A DNA stretch of 59,304 nucleotides from Negativicutes bacterium. GTDB taxonomy: Bacteria > Bacillota > Negativicutes > JAGPMH01. Both the position numbers and the translations under genes were made by a program. Below the pieces are notes generated by a model. The model searched no databases and was not told the origin of the DNA. It saw only the letters and a program-made list of their open reading frames with translations. Of the stretch, positions 45,688 through 54,922 are shown in pieces (position 1 is the stretch's first letter; every line of letters starts with the position of its first letter). The stretch lies in contig JAGPMH010000003.1 of the NCBI GenBank assembly GCA_018052945.1, forward strand, positions 1-59,304, written 5' to 3'.

Positions 45688-46845
45688 TTAAATGTTGGTT
45701 GACAGTTGTAGTTGTTCTGCTGTCACCATTTCCACGGCCAAAGGAGCTCCATTTTGAACCTTATTTAAGCCTTCAACAACAATCACATCATTTGCTGTTA
45801 TACCGGACTCCACAATAAAGAAGCTTCCAACTCTACTACCAATTTTAACTTCTTTCATTTCCGCTTTATTTTCCGCTCCTACAATTACGACAAAAGTTTT
45901 TTCTAAAACTTGTTGAACTGCGCGTTGCGGAATCAACAATGCCCCTTGTTTCATTTCACCGGTCATCTTAATTCTCGCAAACATCCCCGGAATTAAAATT
46001 TTATTAGGATTGCCAAACAACGCTTTTAATGTTAATGTACCTGAATTATTTGCTAGAGTACTGTCAACTTGTTCTACAGCCCCTTTTAACGGATATTCAG
46101 TACCATCACTTAGAGTAATAGTGACATTATTGCCCCATTTTTCGGTAAAACCATTTTGGTGGTTTTTCGCCAATGATAAATATTCATTTTCACTCATGCT
46201 AAATTGTATAAAAACAGGATCCGTAGAGGAAATTGTAGCTAAAGTAGTAGTGCCACTTTGCACGTAATTTCCAACGCTCAATTCATTAACATCCAGTCTT
46301 CCGTCAACTGGCGCTACTATTAGCGTATCATTTAAGTCATCTGTTGCTTTTTGCACATTTGCTCTATTATATTCCACAACTGCCGCATGTTGACTTTCCA
46401 CCGACTGTTGCGTGTCAAGTTTTTGCTTATCAATAGCTTCTTGTGCTGCTAACGCAAGGTATCTTTGAGTATCTAACCTTGAATTGCTAAGATTAGCCTC
46501 CGCTTGTGCTAATTGAGCTTTAGCTGATAATACAACACTTTCATATTGACGCGAATCGATTCTAAATAAAGGTTGTCCTTTACGAACCATTTCACCACCG
46601 GAAACATATTTTTCTACAATATTTCCTGATACTCTAGCTTGTACCTTTACTTCATTCTTTGCTTTAACCTGACCAGCATATTCATATACCAGTGGAGTAT
46701 CTTTTTGCATGACATTCATAGCCTTAACAGGAACTGCTTGTCCTGGTTTAGCACCTTGTTGGTTTCCGCAGCCAAAAAAAGCCGCTGTTGCTAACACTAC
46801 TATCAATGCTAAACTAATCACTTTTACCTTCTTGTTTACAATCAC
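45688..46845 (-). CDS. acrA: RND efflux periplasmic adaptor (membrane fusion protein) lipoprotein
   Basis: 385 aa. Signal peptide with ..AAFFGC lipobox-like Cys, then biotinyl/lipoyl-like and beta-barrel MFP motifs (..RVSGNIVEKYV..G..V.KGQPLFRID..). Confidence 0.9.
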   Translation of the reverse strand: MIVNKKVKVISLALIVVLATAAFFGCGNQQGAKPGQAVPVKAMNVMQKDTPLVYEYAGQVKAKNEVKVQARVSGNIVEKYVSGGEMVRKGQPLFRIDSRQYESVVLSAKAQLAQAEANLSNSRLDTQRYLALAAQEAIDKQKLDTQQSVESQHAAVVEYNRANVQKATDDLNDTLIVAPVDGRLDVNELSVGNYVQSGTTTLATISSTDPVFIQFSMSENEYLSLAKNHQNGFTEKWGNNVTITLSDGTEYPLKGAVEQVDSTLANNSGTLTLKALFGNPNKILIPGMFARIKMTGEMKQGALLIPQRAVQQVLEKTFVVIVGAENKAEMKEVKIGSRVGSFFIVESGITANDVIVVEGLNKVQNGAPLAVEMVTAEQLQLSTNI

Positions 46846-46965
46846 TATTTACCCTCCTTGTGTCTAAATAAAAAAATTATTCGACTTCAAACTAATTCAA
46901 TTTTACACCAATAATTTTATTTTGAATAGGTTTATTTTTGGTAGAAATACATATTTAGCATCTAT

Positions 46966-48021
46966 TTACTGCAATTGGTTGCTACGTAACTGTCCGCAAG
47001 CAGCTTCAATATCACTACCATATTCCAAGCGAATACTAACATTAATACAGTTTTTCTTAAGCTCGTCATAAAATTTTAAAACCGTTTCTTTGAGGCTACG
47101 CTGATATTGTGAAAATTCATCAACTTCATTATATGGTATTAAATTTACACTGATCTTTTTGGTTCTAGAGCCAATTAGTTTTGCTAATTCTCGCGCACAT
47201 TCTAAATTATCATTAATATTTTTAAATAAAATATATTCAAAGGTAATTCTTTTATTACTTCTTTCTAGATAATAATCTACAGCACCCATTAAATTTTTTA
47301 TGTCATACACCTTATTTACTTTCATAATTTTGCTACGCATTTCATCATTGGGTGAATGTAGTGATATCGCTAAATTTATATTAATATTATCATTGGCAAA
47401 GTTTATTATTTGGGGGCTTAAGCCACTTGTCGATACTGTAATTTTGCGACTAGCAATAGCTAACCCGTTTTCTTCCTTTAAAATAGTTACCGCTTTTTTA
47501 AAATTTTCATAGTTATCAAACGGTTCACCAATCCCCATTATGACAACATTTGTAACAACTTTAGCACTAGCTATATTTTTTTTAATATATTGATTAGCCA
47601 CCATAATTTGACTGATAAATTCACCGACCATTAAATCACGTTTTTTCCCTAGCAAACCACTAGCACAAAAACTACACCCCATATTACAACCAACCTGTGA
47701 AGTTATACAAAGTGACATTCCGTACTTGTTGTGCATTAGTACGCTTTCTATTAAATTACCATCTGACAATTCTAATAAAAACTTAACTGTTTTATCAGTT
47801 GCAATTCTTTTTATCTTAACTTGTGGTAATTGTAAAGAGTACTGCTTTTTAATAGCCGTTAGATATTTTTCATTGACATTAACGCATTCTGCCCAGCTTT
47901 CAACTTTATTACGGTAAAGATTTTTCCAAAGTGCTAGTGCATTCCCCTTGGTATAGCCCTCTTTTTCTGAAAATATGATTAAGTCAGGTAAAGTTAAATT
48001 GTAAATATATTCTTGTTTCAT
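46966..48021 (-). CDS. rlmN: Radical SAM 23S rRNA/tRNA adenine-C2 methyltransferase RlmN
   Basis: 351 aa. ..SQVGCNMGCSFCASG.., ..MGIGEPFDNYEN.., ..ITVSTSGL.., ..DIEAACGQLRS. By eye it is much closer to Bacillus RlmN (YloN) than to Cfr. Confidence 0.85.
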   Translation of the reverse strand: MKQEYIYNLTLPDLIIFSEKEGYTKGNALALWKNLYRNKVESWAECVNVNEKYLTAIKKQYSLQLPQVKIKRIATDKTVKFLLELSDGNLIESVLMHNKYGMSLCITSQVGCNMGCSFCASGLLGKKRDLMVGEFISQIMVANQYIKKNIASAKVVTNVVIMGIGEPFDNYENFKKAVTILKEENGLAIASRKITVSTSGLSPQIINFANDNININLAISLHSPNDEMRSKIMKVNKVYDIKNLMGAVDYYLERSNKRITFEYILFKNINDNLECARELAKLIGSRTKKISVNLIPYNEVDEFSQYQRSLKETVLKFYDELKKNCINVSIRLEYGSDIEAACGQLRSNQLQ

Positions 48022-48204
48022 AACACACCTCTTATTTTGTCCTTAAATTATATTTTATAATAAATTTGTGAAAAATATAATAATCTCTAAAAATTAACAT
48101 AGAAGATTATTGACAATGATGTTAAAATGGTAATGGAGTTTTTATATCAATATGTAACTATGCTTTACATAGATTATTTTATAGTGAGAGAGGGATATAT
48201 TTTT

Positions 48205-49560
48205 ATGACAATTAAAGCTTTAACTTCGCTTGATGGACGTTATGGTGCCATAACACAACCATTAGGTGATTATTTTTCTGAATGGGCCTTGTTAAAATAC
48301 CGCACTCATGTTGAGGTTGAATGGTTAATTACCATGGCACAAAATCCACAAATTAAAGAGGTGCGTTCTTTTAGCGCCGAAGAAATCACATTCTTAAGAA
48401 ATATCGTTATAAATTTCGATTTAACTTCTGCGGAAAAGATTAAAGATATCGAAAAAACTACTAATCATGACGTTAAAGCTGTTGAATATTTCTTACGCAA
48501 TACTTTATCAGAAACATCATTAGTTGATGTTATTGAATTTTTACATTTTGCTTGTACTTCCGAAGATATTAATAATTTATCTTATGCTTTAATGATTAAA
48601 GAAGGTGTGCAAAAAGTATGGGTACCAGCAGCAGAAAAATTAGTAGCTGATGTTGCCACTAGAGCCGAAAGTTTAAAAGATGTTGCAATGTTAGCTCATA
48701 CTCACGGCCAACCGGCATCACCAACAACTTTAGGTAAAGAATTAGCAGTATTTGTTTATCGCTGGAATAGACAATTAAAACAAATTGCCAACCTAGAATT
48801 TTTAGGAAAATTCAACGGCGCTGTTGGTAACTTTAATGCTCATAGCATCTCTTATCCAGAAATTAACTGGCAAGAATTATCCTGTAATTTTGTTCAAGGT
48901 TTAGGCTTACAATATAATCCTCTAACAACACAAATTGAGTCACATGATTATATGGCTGAATGTTTCCACGCTATCAGTCGTTTCAATAACATCTTATTAG
49001 ATTTTAACCGCGATATGTGGCTATATATTTCACTAAACTACTTTAAACAAAAAGCAATCAAAGGTGAAGTTGGTTCTTCAACAATGCCACATAAGGTTAA
49101 CCCTATTGACTTTGAAAACTCAGAAGCTAACTTAGGATTAAGCAACGCCTTACTTGACCATTTAGCTAATAAATTGCCAATCTCTCGGTTACAACGTGAT
49201 TTAAGTGATTCTTCAGCACAACGCAATATTGGTGCCGGTATTGGTCATTCATATTTAGCACTAGTTTATGCAACTAAAGGTTTTGCTAAAACTTTAGAAA
49301 ATCAAGCAGCACTAGATGCTCACTTAACAAATGCTTGGGAAGTTATTTCTGAAGCTGTGCAAACAGTTATGAGAAAACACGGTCATACTAATCCTTATGA
49401 TAAGTTAAAAGAAATTACTCGCGGTAAAACAATCGGCGAGGTTGAAATTAAAGAATTTATTAATAGTATTGAATTACCACAAGCTGATAAAGACAGATTA
49501 TTAGCATTAACACCAAGCACTTATGTTGGTATCGCTGGTAGCTTGCTAAAAAATATTTAA
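48205..49560 (+). CDS. purB: Adenylosuccinate lyase
   Basis: MTIKALTSLDGRYG.. N-terminus, fumarate-lyase signature GSSTMPHKVNP. I chose the ATG at 48205 (GAGAGAGGGA RBS) over the track start at 48127. Confidence 0.93.
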   Translation: MTIKALTSLDGRYGAITQPLGDYFSEWALLKYRTHVEVEWLITMAQNPQIKEVRSFSAEEITFLRNIVINFDLTSAEKIKDIEKTTNHDVKAVEYFLRNTLSETSLVDVIEFLHFACTSEDINNLSYALMIKEGVQKVWVPAAEKLVADVATRAESLKDVAMLAHTHGQPASPTTLGKELAVFVYRWNRQLKQIANLEFLGKFNGAVGNFNAHSISYPEINWQELSCNFVQGLGLQYNPLTTQIESHDYMAECFHAISRFNNILLDFNRDMWLYISLNYFKQKAIKGEVGSSTMPHKVNPIDFENSEANLGLSNALLDHLANKLPISRLQRDLSDSSAQRNIGAGIGHSYLALVYATKGFAKTLENQAALDAHLTNAWEVISEAVQTVMRKHGHTNPYDKLKEITRGKTIGEVEIKEFINSIELPQADKDRLLALTPSTYVGIAGSLLKNI

Positions 49561-49571
49561 TATTATATTTT

Positions 49572-49604
49572 AAAGGAATTAACCAAAAGTTAATTCCTTT
49601 TTTT
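49572..49604 (+). terminator. Rho-independent terminator of purB
   Basis: AAAGGAATTAAC-caaaa-GTTAATTCCTTT followed by TTTT. Confidence 0.85.
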
Positions 49605-49627
49605 ATTAGCACTTTTTTAAATGAAAT

Positions 49628-49653
49628 ATAAAAAAGGACTATCGCTAGTCCTT
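49628..49653 (-). terminator. Terminator of the tRNA operon
   Basis: Minus strand AGGACTA-gcga-TAGTCCT followed by TTTTTT, 10 nt after tRNA-Val. Confidence 0.7.
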
Positions 49654-49662
49654 AATTTCATA

Positions 49663-49738
<76 letters not shown>

Positions 49739-49748
49739 ATATTAAATT

Positions 49749-49823
49749 TGGTGACCCGTAGGGGAATCGAACCCCTGATACCGCCGTGAAAGGGCGGTGT
49801 CTTAACCGCTTGACCAACGGGCC
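49749..49823 (-). tRNA. tRNA-Glu (anticodon TTC), CCA-encoded
   Basis: 75 nt. GGCCCGTTGGTCAAGCGGTTAAGAC..CCGCC-CTTTCAC-GGCGG..GGTTCGATTCC..CCA. Confidence 0.9.
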
Positions 49824-49842
49824 ATATTAATAACTATTTAAA

Positions 49843-49917
49843 TGGTGGGCCCACCTGGGTTCGAACCAGGGACCAACCGGTTATGAGCCGGTTGCTCTAC
49901 CACTGAGCTATAGGCCC
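49843..49917 (-). tRNA. tRNA with CAT anticodon (Met by anticodon; features suggest the lysidine-modified Ile2 type)
   Basis: 75 nt. GGGCCTATAGCTCAGTGGTAGAGC-AACCGG-CTCATAA-CCGGTT-GGTC..GGTTCGAACC..CCA. C4-G69 and C5-G68 pairs and the overall resemblance to E. coli ileX are discussed in the findings. Confidence 0.85.
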
Positions 49918-49924
49918 AAATAAA

Positions 49925-50000
49925 TGGCTCCTTGAGTAGGACTCGAACCTACGACCGATCGGTTAACAGCCGATTGCTCTACCAACTGAGCTATCAAGGA
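49925..50000 (-). tRNA. tRNA-Asn (anticodon GTT), CCA-encoded
   Basis: 76 nt. TCCTTGATAGCTCAGTTGGTAGAGC-AATCGG-CTGTTAA-CCGATC..GGTTCGAGTCC..CCA. Confidence 0.9.
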
Positions 50001-50018
50001 ACGTTATCAACGATTAAT

Positions 50019-50047
50019 ATTATATAGTATTATTATCGTTTCGTCAA
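50019..50047 (-). promoter_or_regulatory. Near-consensus sigma-70 promoter of the tRNA operon
   Basis: TTGACG (50042-50047), exactly 17 nt, TATAAT (50019-50024). The predicted start lies about 12 nt before tRNA-Asn. Confidence 0.75.
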
Positions 50048-50061
50048 TACATTTATCTGAA

Positions 50062-51183
50062 TTATTCTAAGAAATCTTTGAGTTTTTTACTACGACTTGG
50101 ATGACGTAATTTTCTTAAAGCTTTTGCTTCAATTTGTCTAATACGTTCTCTGGTAACACCAAAACTTTGACCAACCTCTTCTAAAGTTCTAGCTCTACCA
50201 TCATCTAAGCCAAATCGCAATCTTAAAACTTTCTCTTCTCGTGGTGTTAATGTCTCTAAAACTTCTTCTAATTGTTCTTTTAACAACATAAATGAAGCCG
50301 CTTCTGCTGGTGCCGGAGCATCTTGGTCTTCAATAAAATCGCCTAAATGGGAATCTTCTTCCTCACCAATCGGAGTTTCCAGTGACACTGGTTCTTGCGC
50401 TATTTTCATGATCTCGCGAACCCGTTCAACTGTTATCTCCATTTCTTTCGCTATTTCTTCCGGTGCCGGTTCTCTACCAAGTTCTTGTAATAATTGACGT
50501 GAAACTCTAATTAATTTATTGATAGTTTCAACCATATGTACGGGAATTCTGATAGTTCGAGCCTGATCAGCAATTGCTCTAGTAATAGCTTGTCTAATCC
50601 ACCAAGTTGCATAAGTACTAAACTTGTAACCTTTATTATAGTCAAATTTTTCTACCGCTTTTATCAGTCCTAAATTACCTTCTTGTATTAAATCTAAAAA
50701 TAACATTCCACGACCAACATAACGCTTCGCAATACTTACAACAAGACGCAAATTAGCTTCTGCCAAACGACGTTTAGCTTCCTCATCGCCTTCTTCCATT
50801 CTTTTTGCCAAACAAATTTCCTCATCAGCCGTTAATAGAGGCACTCTGCCAATCTCTTTAAGATACATTCGCACCGGGTCATCAATGCTGATACCTTCAG
50901 GGATTGATAAATCTATATCAATTTCTTCAGAATTATTTTCATCAATTTCACTGTCTTCTAACGGATCATTTTCATTTATTTCATCAACTAGCTCAATACC
51001 TTTGCTAGTAAAAACTTCATATATATCATCAATTTCATCAGGTGATAACTCTTCACTTTGTAATACATCCATTATTTCAGCATAAGTTAATACGCCACCA
51101 CGTTTTTTACCTTTTTTGATTAACTTTTCAATTATCTCCATTGTATTGGAATTGGGAGTAACTTTTTTCTCTGACATGTGCAC
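50062..51183 (-). CDS. rpoD: RNA polymerase primary sigma factor (SigA/RpoD)
   Basis: Regions 1.2-4.2 present (..[24 protein letters not shown].., ..[30 protein letters not shown]). The likely start is the ATG at 51177 (MSEKK..) given AAGGAGGGG spacing. Confidence 0.97.
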   Translation of the reverse strand: MHMSEKKVTPNSNTMEIIEKLIKKGKKRGGVLTYAEIMDVLQSEELSPDEIDDIYEVFTSKGIELVDEINENDPLEDSEIDENNSEEIDIDLSIPEGISIDDPVRMYLKEIGRVPLLTADEEICLAKRMEEGDEEAKRRLAEANLRLVVSIAKRYVGRGMLFLDLIQEGNLGLIKAVEKFDYNKGYKFSTYATWWIRQAITRAIADQARTIRIPVHMVETINKLIRVSRQLLQELGREPAPEEIAKEMEITVERVREIMKIAQEPVSLETPIGEEEDSHLGDFIEDQDAPAPAEAASFMLLKEQLEEVLETLTPREEKVLRLRFGLDDGRARTLEEVGQSFGVTRERIRQIEAKALRKLRHPSRSKKLKDFLE

Positions 51184-51220
51184 CCCTCCTTTCTACATTT
51201 AACCTTGTTTAAATATTATT

Positions 51221-53014
51221 TCATTCATTATATATTTTTTTAATCTCATTCTTTATTCGCTGACTTTCTGCTAATTCCTGCAAAAAAGAGCTTTCCCCCA
51301 TACGTTCTAATTCATCAGCTTTTAACCGATGTTGTTCATACTGATAATTCAAATAGGCTAAGTGAATAGTTTTGAGACAATCATCAATAAATTTCATATC
51401 ATCAGCTACTTGAAGTTCCGTCATTAAACTACAAGATAGTTCTGCATTAGCTTTTTCCGACAACTGCTGACCAATATTAATTTCATTGAAAGCAAGTTTT
51501 TCGGTGGCATAATGGAAAATTATTTTTAAAATTTCTTGATGCTGTTCATTATTTAATTCCGACAAATTTAATTTATCTTTAACATAATCTATTTTGGAAT
51601 TGTCGTTCCAAAGCACTTGGATTAAGTTGCGTCCTGCCATAATAACAGCATTATCAACAGTTACCATTGAGCGCGTTATAGTGCTAACCCTATTGCCTAA
51701 ATTCTTATTATTTTTTTGTAAATATTTCTGCAATTCGCTACGGATAGACGCTTCATCAATTCCTAGTTTTTGCGAAATTGCAGCAATGTGCAAATTAACT
51801 TCTACTGCATTATCAGTTTCCGCTAAGATTGGCACTAATTTTACTACAACCGCCACTTTTCCTTCTAGTCCAGTAAAATCTATTTCAGACAACGTTTTAT
51901 CAACTTGATATTCCAATAGCGGTTTAGCACTGTCGATTAATCCTTGAAAAGCTTCAGTACCATATTTTTTTATATAATCATCAGGATCTTTACCATCAGG
52001 AATACTTAAAACCTTAACCTTAGCACCAATTTTTTTTACAATAGCAAGCGCTCGTAAGGTAGCATTTTGTCCGGCATTATCACTATCATAAGCAAAAATA
52101 AAATTATCAGTATACTTCAGTAATTTCTTGCCGTGTTCTACTGTAAAAGATGTTCCTAACGATGCGATAACATTCTTTATCCCCGCATTATAAGCTGAGA
52201 TAACATCCATATAGCCTTCAACAATTAACGCCTGATTCTTTTCTTTGATATATTTACCAGCTTTAGCTAAACCAAATAAAGTTTGTCGTTTATTAAAAAC
52301 GACAGTTTCCGGTGAATTTAAATACTTCGGTAAACTGTCATCCAGAACCCTTCCCCCAAAACCGATTACTCTATTTTTTTCATCTGTAATCGGGAAAATA
52401 ACTCTATTACGAAAACGGTCATAAATACCGCCTTGTTTTCGCTCCAACACCAATCCAGCCTGCAATAAATCAGTTTCGGTAAAGCCTCTTTTAACAAAAG
52501 CTTGCGATAACTTATCCCAATAGTTCGGAGCAAAGCCCAGCTGGAATTCATTAATCACTTCATCTGACAGTCCACGTTTTTTTAAATATGCTGTAGCACT
52601 TTTTCCATAATTAGTTTTCGTTAAACACGCAAAGAAAAAGTCCTTGGCAGTCGCATTTATTTTATACAATAAAGATATTTGCTTATCTCTTAATAGCTCT
52701 TCTTTGGTTTTCTCTTTTTGCGGTAACGGAAGATTTATTTTTTGCGCCAACATTCTTGTCGCTTCAAAGAAAGTAATATTTTCAATTTTCATTATAAAAT
52801 TAAAAACATTCCCTCCGGCTTGACAACCAAAACAGTAAAAAAAGCCTTTGTCCGGCGTAACTGAAAAAGATGCCGTCTTTTCACTGTGAAACGGACAGCA
52901 ACCCCAATAATTTTTACCATTTTTTTTCAATGAAACATATTCAGAAATTATTGCAACAATATCACTTTCTTCGCGCAAACGTTCTATAAACTCTTCGTAC
53001 GCTATATCTTTCAT
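51221..53014 (-). CDS. dnaG: DNA primase
   Basis: 597 aa. Zn ribbon CPFHSEKTASFSV....F.CFGC, TOPRIM (..IVEGYMDVIS.., ..DSDNAGQ..). Confidence 0.96.
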   Translation of the reverse strand: MKDIAYEEFIERLREESDIVAIISEYVSLKKNGKNYWGCCPFHSEKTASFSVTPDKGFFYCFGCQAGGNVFNFIMKIENITFFEATRMLAQKINLPLPQKEKTKEELLRDKQISLLYKINATAKDFFFACLTKTNYGKSATAYLKKRGLSDEVINEFQLGFAPNYWDKLSQAFVKRGFTETDLLQAGLVLERKQGGIYDRFRNRVIFPITDEKNRVIGFGGRVLDDSLPKYLNSPETVVFNKRQTLFGLAKAGKYIKEKNQALIVEGYMDVISAYNAGIKNVIASLGTSFTVEHGKKLLKYTDNFIFAYDSDNAGQNATLRALAIVKKIGAKVKVLSIPDGKDPDDYIKKYGTEAFQGLIDSAKPLLEYQVDKTLSEIDFTGLEGKVAVVVKLVPILAETDNAVEVNLHIAAISQKLGIDEASIRSELQKYLQKNNKNLGNRVSTITRSMVTVDNAVIMAGRNLIQVLWNDNSKIDYVKDKLNLSELNNEQHQEILKIIFHYATEKLAFNEINIGQQLSEKANAELSCSLMTELQVADDMKFIDDCLKTIHLAYLNYQYEQHRLKADELERMGESSFLQELAESQRIKNEIKKIYNE

Positions 53015-53215
53015 GTTTTCATCCTTTGTGAACCATTAGAAAACTACCTATCATACTTCTTTTCGATAAAGTTTTACATTTTCCTTCTTTTTTCTCCATT
53101 AATATTTTGTTATTTTTTCTTATATTATGAGTATTCAATACAAATTCAAAATATCCTTTTTCAGTATTGACATTATTAACATTTTTTGTTTATACTAGTT
53201 ATTTTTCTTATGACC

Positions 53216-54211
53216 TTATTTTGCAACACCTTTTGCCGGAATAAAAATATTTTCAAATAAATTTATGGCATACAAATCAGTTAGTCCCGCAATATAATCT
53301 ACCACAGTTGTCTTTAAACCATAGCGTTCTTCTCGCTCCAAAAATTCTGCCGGTAACTTTTCTGGTCTTTTCATAAAATAATGATATAAAGTTTCTACTA
53401 TAAATTGTGCTTTCATTCGGTCTTCTTCTAAATTGATAGAATGATAAATTTTTTCAAACATAAACTGTCTAAATTCAGCCATTGCTAAGGTTATTTCTTC
53501 AGACATGGTGATATAGCTTTTATTGGCAGATTGATTAATCATATCTGCTACCATGATTGTAATCATCTGTGAGGTTGTTTTGCCAAATATTTTTCGCACG
53601 GTTCTCGGCAACATGGCTTCAGTGATAAGTCCCGCCCGACAGCCATCATCATAATCATGACATAAATAAGCAATTCGGTCCGCCGTCTTAACAATATTAC
53701 CTTCCAAACAAACCGCATTATCAGCGCCAGTATGATTTAAAATACCCTCCAACACTGCTTTTGTTAAATTAAGTCCTTTACCATTACGTTCCAAACACTC
53801 AACAACTCTGATACTTTGTTCATTGTGTTTAAAATGTCCAAGCACTTGTTGCAACGCTTCTTCACCGGAATGTCCAAAGGGTGTATGTCCAACATCATGA
53901 CCGAGCGAAATCGCCTCTGTTAAATCTTCATTCAATAATAACGCTCTCGCAATCGTCCGCGAAATTTGTGAAACCTCTAAGCTATGTGTCATTCTCGTAC
54001 GATAATGATCACCGGGAGCAATATAAACTTGAGTCTTATGCTTTAAACGTCGAAAAGCCTTACTATGAATAATCCGGTCTCGATCTCGTTGATACGCCGT
54101 TCGATAACAACAATTTTCTTCCGGTATATTTCTTACGGCAGCACTACTTTTCGCGGCATATGCTGATAAAATGTTATGTTCACGTTCTTCTAAAAACTCT
54201 CTGACAGTCAT
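53216..54211 (-). CDS. dGTPase-like HD-domain triphosphohydrolase
   Basis: 331 aa. ..[15 protein letters not shown].., ..[15 protein letters not shown].., ..[12 protein letters not shown]... Confidence 0.88.
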   Translation of the reverse strand: MTVREFLEEREHNILSAYAAKSSAAVRNIPEENCCYRTAYQRDRDRIIHSKAFRRLKHKTQVYIAPGDHYRTRMTHSLEVSQISRTIARALLLNEDLTEAISLGHDVGHTPFGHSGEEALQQVLGHFKHNEQSIRVVECLERNGKGLNLTKAVLEGILNHTGADNAVCLEGNIVKTADRIAYLCHDYDDGCRAGLITEAMLPRTVRKIFGKTTSQMITIMVADMINQSANKSYITMSEEITLAMAEFRQFMFEKIYHSINLEEDRMKAQFIVETLYHYFMKRPEKLPAEFLEREERYGLKTTVVDYIAGLTDLYAINLFENIFIPAKGVAK

Positions 54212-54296
54212 AGCACCAACCTCCTTTTTTTAATATTACACATAAAATAAAAAAAGCCTGCCCACAAATAACTTTAATTACTTTTATAAATTATTT

Positions 54297-54305
54297 TGTT
54301 ATAAT
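54297..54305 (+). promoter_or_regulatory. Extended -10 element upstream of the LptA-like gene
   Basis: TGtTATAAT at 54297-54305, about 25 nt upstream of the TTG start. AAAGGA RBS at 54315-54320. Confidence 0.45.
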
Positions 54306-54329
54306 GAGCGTAGAAAGGACTGATGAATT

Positions 54330-54809
54330 TTGAAAAAAAATATTTTTTTATTATTAACCTTCCTAATTATATTGACAGTAAGCACTTCCTGCTTTGCCGC
54401 AAAACCGAAAATAACTGCCGACAATACTTATTTTGACATTAACAATGCCGCCTATATCTTAACCGGTAATGTTTATATTGAAACCGGTGATCGAATAATT
54501 ACTGCTGATAAAGCCAAAGTTAGTATGTTATCAATGGAAGTTTGGGCTGATGGATCTATCAAGTTAACGCAAAATGATGTTACTTTAACCGGCGACAGCG
54601 TCTATGCTAATAACGCTGAAAAAAGCGCCACAATAAGCGGAAATGTTTGTTTAGAACGTAGCAACCTAAAGATAACAGCTGAAACCGCGATATATAATTG
54701 GCAAACTAAAATTGCTGTTTTTAAAAACAATGTTGTTGTCGAAAAAGATGGGGCAAGCTCAAGTAGCAATGAACTAAATTATAACTTTACGACAAATAGT
54801 ATTTTATAA
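54330..54809 (+). CDS. Exported OstA/LptA-like beta-jellyroll domain protein
   Basis: 159 aa with TTG start and signal peptide MKKNIFLLLTFLIILTVSTSCFA/AKP. Repeated ..A D..... N..... L.GNV......ITA D.A.. strands are typical of the LptA/LptC OstA_N fold. Confidence 0.55.
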   Translation: MKKNIFLLLTFLIILTVSTSCFAAKPKITADNTYFDINNAAYILTGNVYIETGDRIITADKAKVSMLSMEVWADGSIKLTQNDVTLTGDSVYANNAEKSATISGNVCLERSNLKITAETAIYNWQTKIAVFKNNVVVEKDGASSSSNELNYNFTTNSIL

Positions 54810-54846
54810 AGATAAGGGTATGATTTTCATCATACCCTTATCTTTA
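54809..54846 (+). terminator. Terminator of the LptA-like gene
   Basis: AAGATAAGGGTATGAT-tttc-ATCATACCCTTATCTT followed by TAT. Confidence 0.7.
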
Positions 54847-54881
54847 TATCACTAACCCCAAACATACATTTATAAGAGGTT

Positions 54882-54922
54882 AAAATATATGGTTAAGCCA
54901 TTACAGCTTAACCATATATTTT
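54882..54922 (-). terminator. Terminator after glyS
   Basis: 17-bp hairpin AAAATATATGGTTAAGC/GCTTAACCATATATTTT overlapping the glyS stop, followed by TTTTAA on the minus strand. Confidence 0.65.

Noticed and set aside
543-47917. Numerous 60-120-aa plus-strand ORFs in the track lie inside large minus-strand genes, for example 543-833, 1188-1490, 1743-2360, 5905-6270, 20397-20723, 20741-21034, 42592-42900 and 44482-44802.
   Set aside because: Each lies antisense within a full-length, motif-supported gene. They have low-complexity or Ser/Ile/Phe-rich compositions typical of shadow frames in AT-rich DNA, no RBS, and no recognisable motifs.
46966-48021. Possibility that the radical-SAM methyltransferase next to the RND pump is a Cfr-like resistance gene.
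   Set aside because: By-eye alignment is far closer to housekeeping RlmN (MGIGEPFDNYEN, ITVSTSGL, FEYI, DIEAACGQLRS blocks match Bacillus YloN) than to Cfr. No mobile-element context is present. A proper phylogeny would still be the decisive test.
48111-48140. TTGACA at 48111-48116 as the -35 of the purB promoter.
   Set aside because: No acceptable -10 hexamer lies at 16-18 nt spacing (only TAATGG at about 15 nt), so I did not call a promoter.
52366-52551. A 61-aa minus-strand ORF inside dnaG.
   Set aside because: It is an alternative frame within the primase gene, with no independent signals.
53015-53215. A 26-codon ORF (MEKKEGKCKTLSKRSMIGSFLMVHKG) and a 7-bp inverted repeat in the dgt-like/dnaG intergenic region.
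   Set aside because: There is no RBS and no recognisable motif, and the region is AT-rich promoter-like DNA (candidate TTGAAT-16-TAATAT). The evidence is insufficient.
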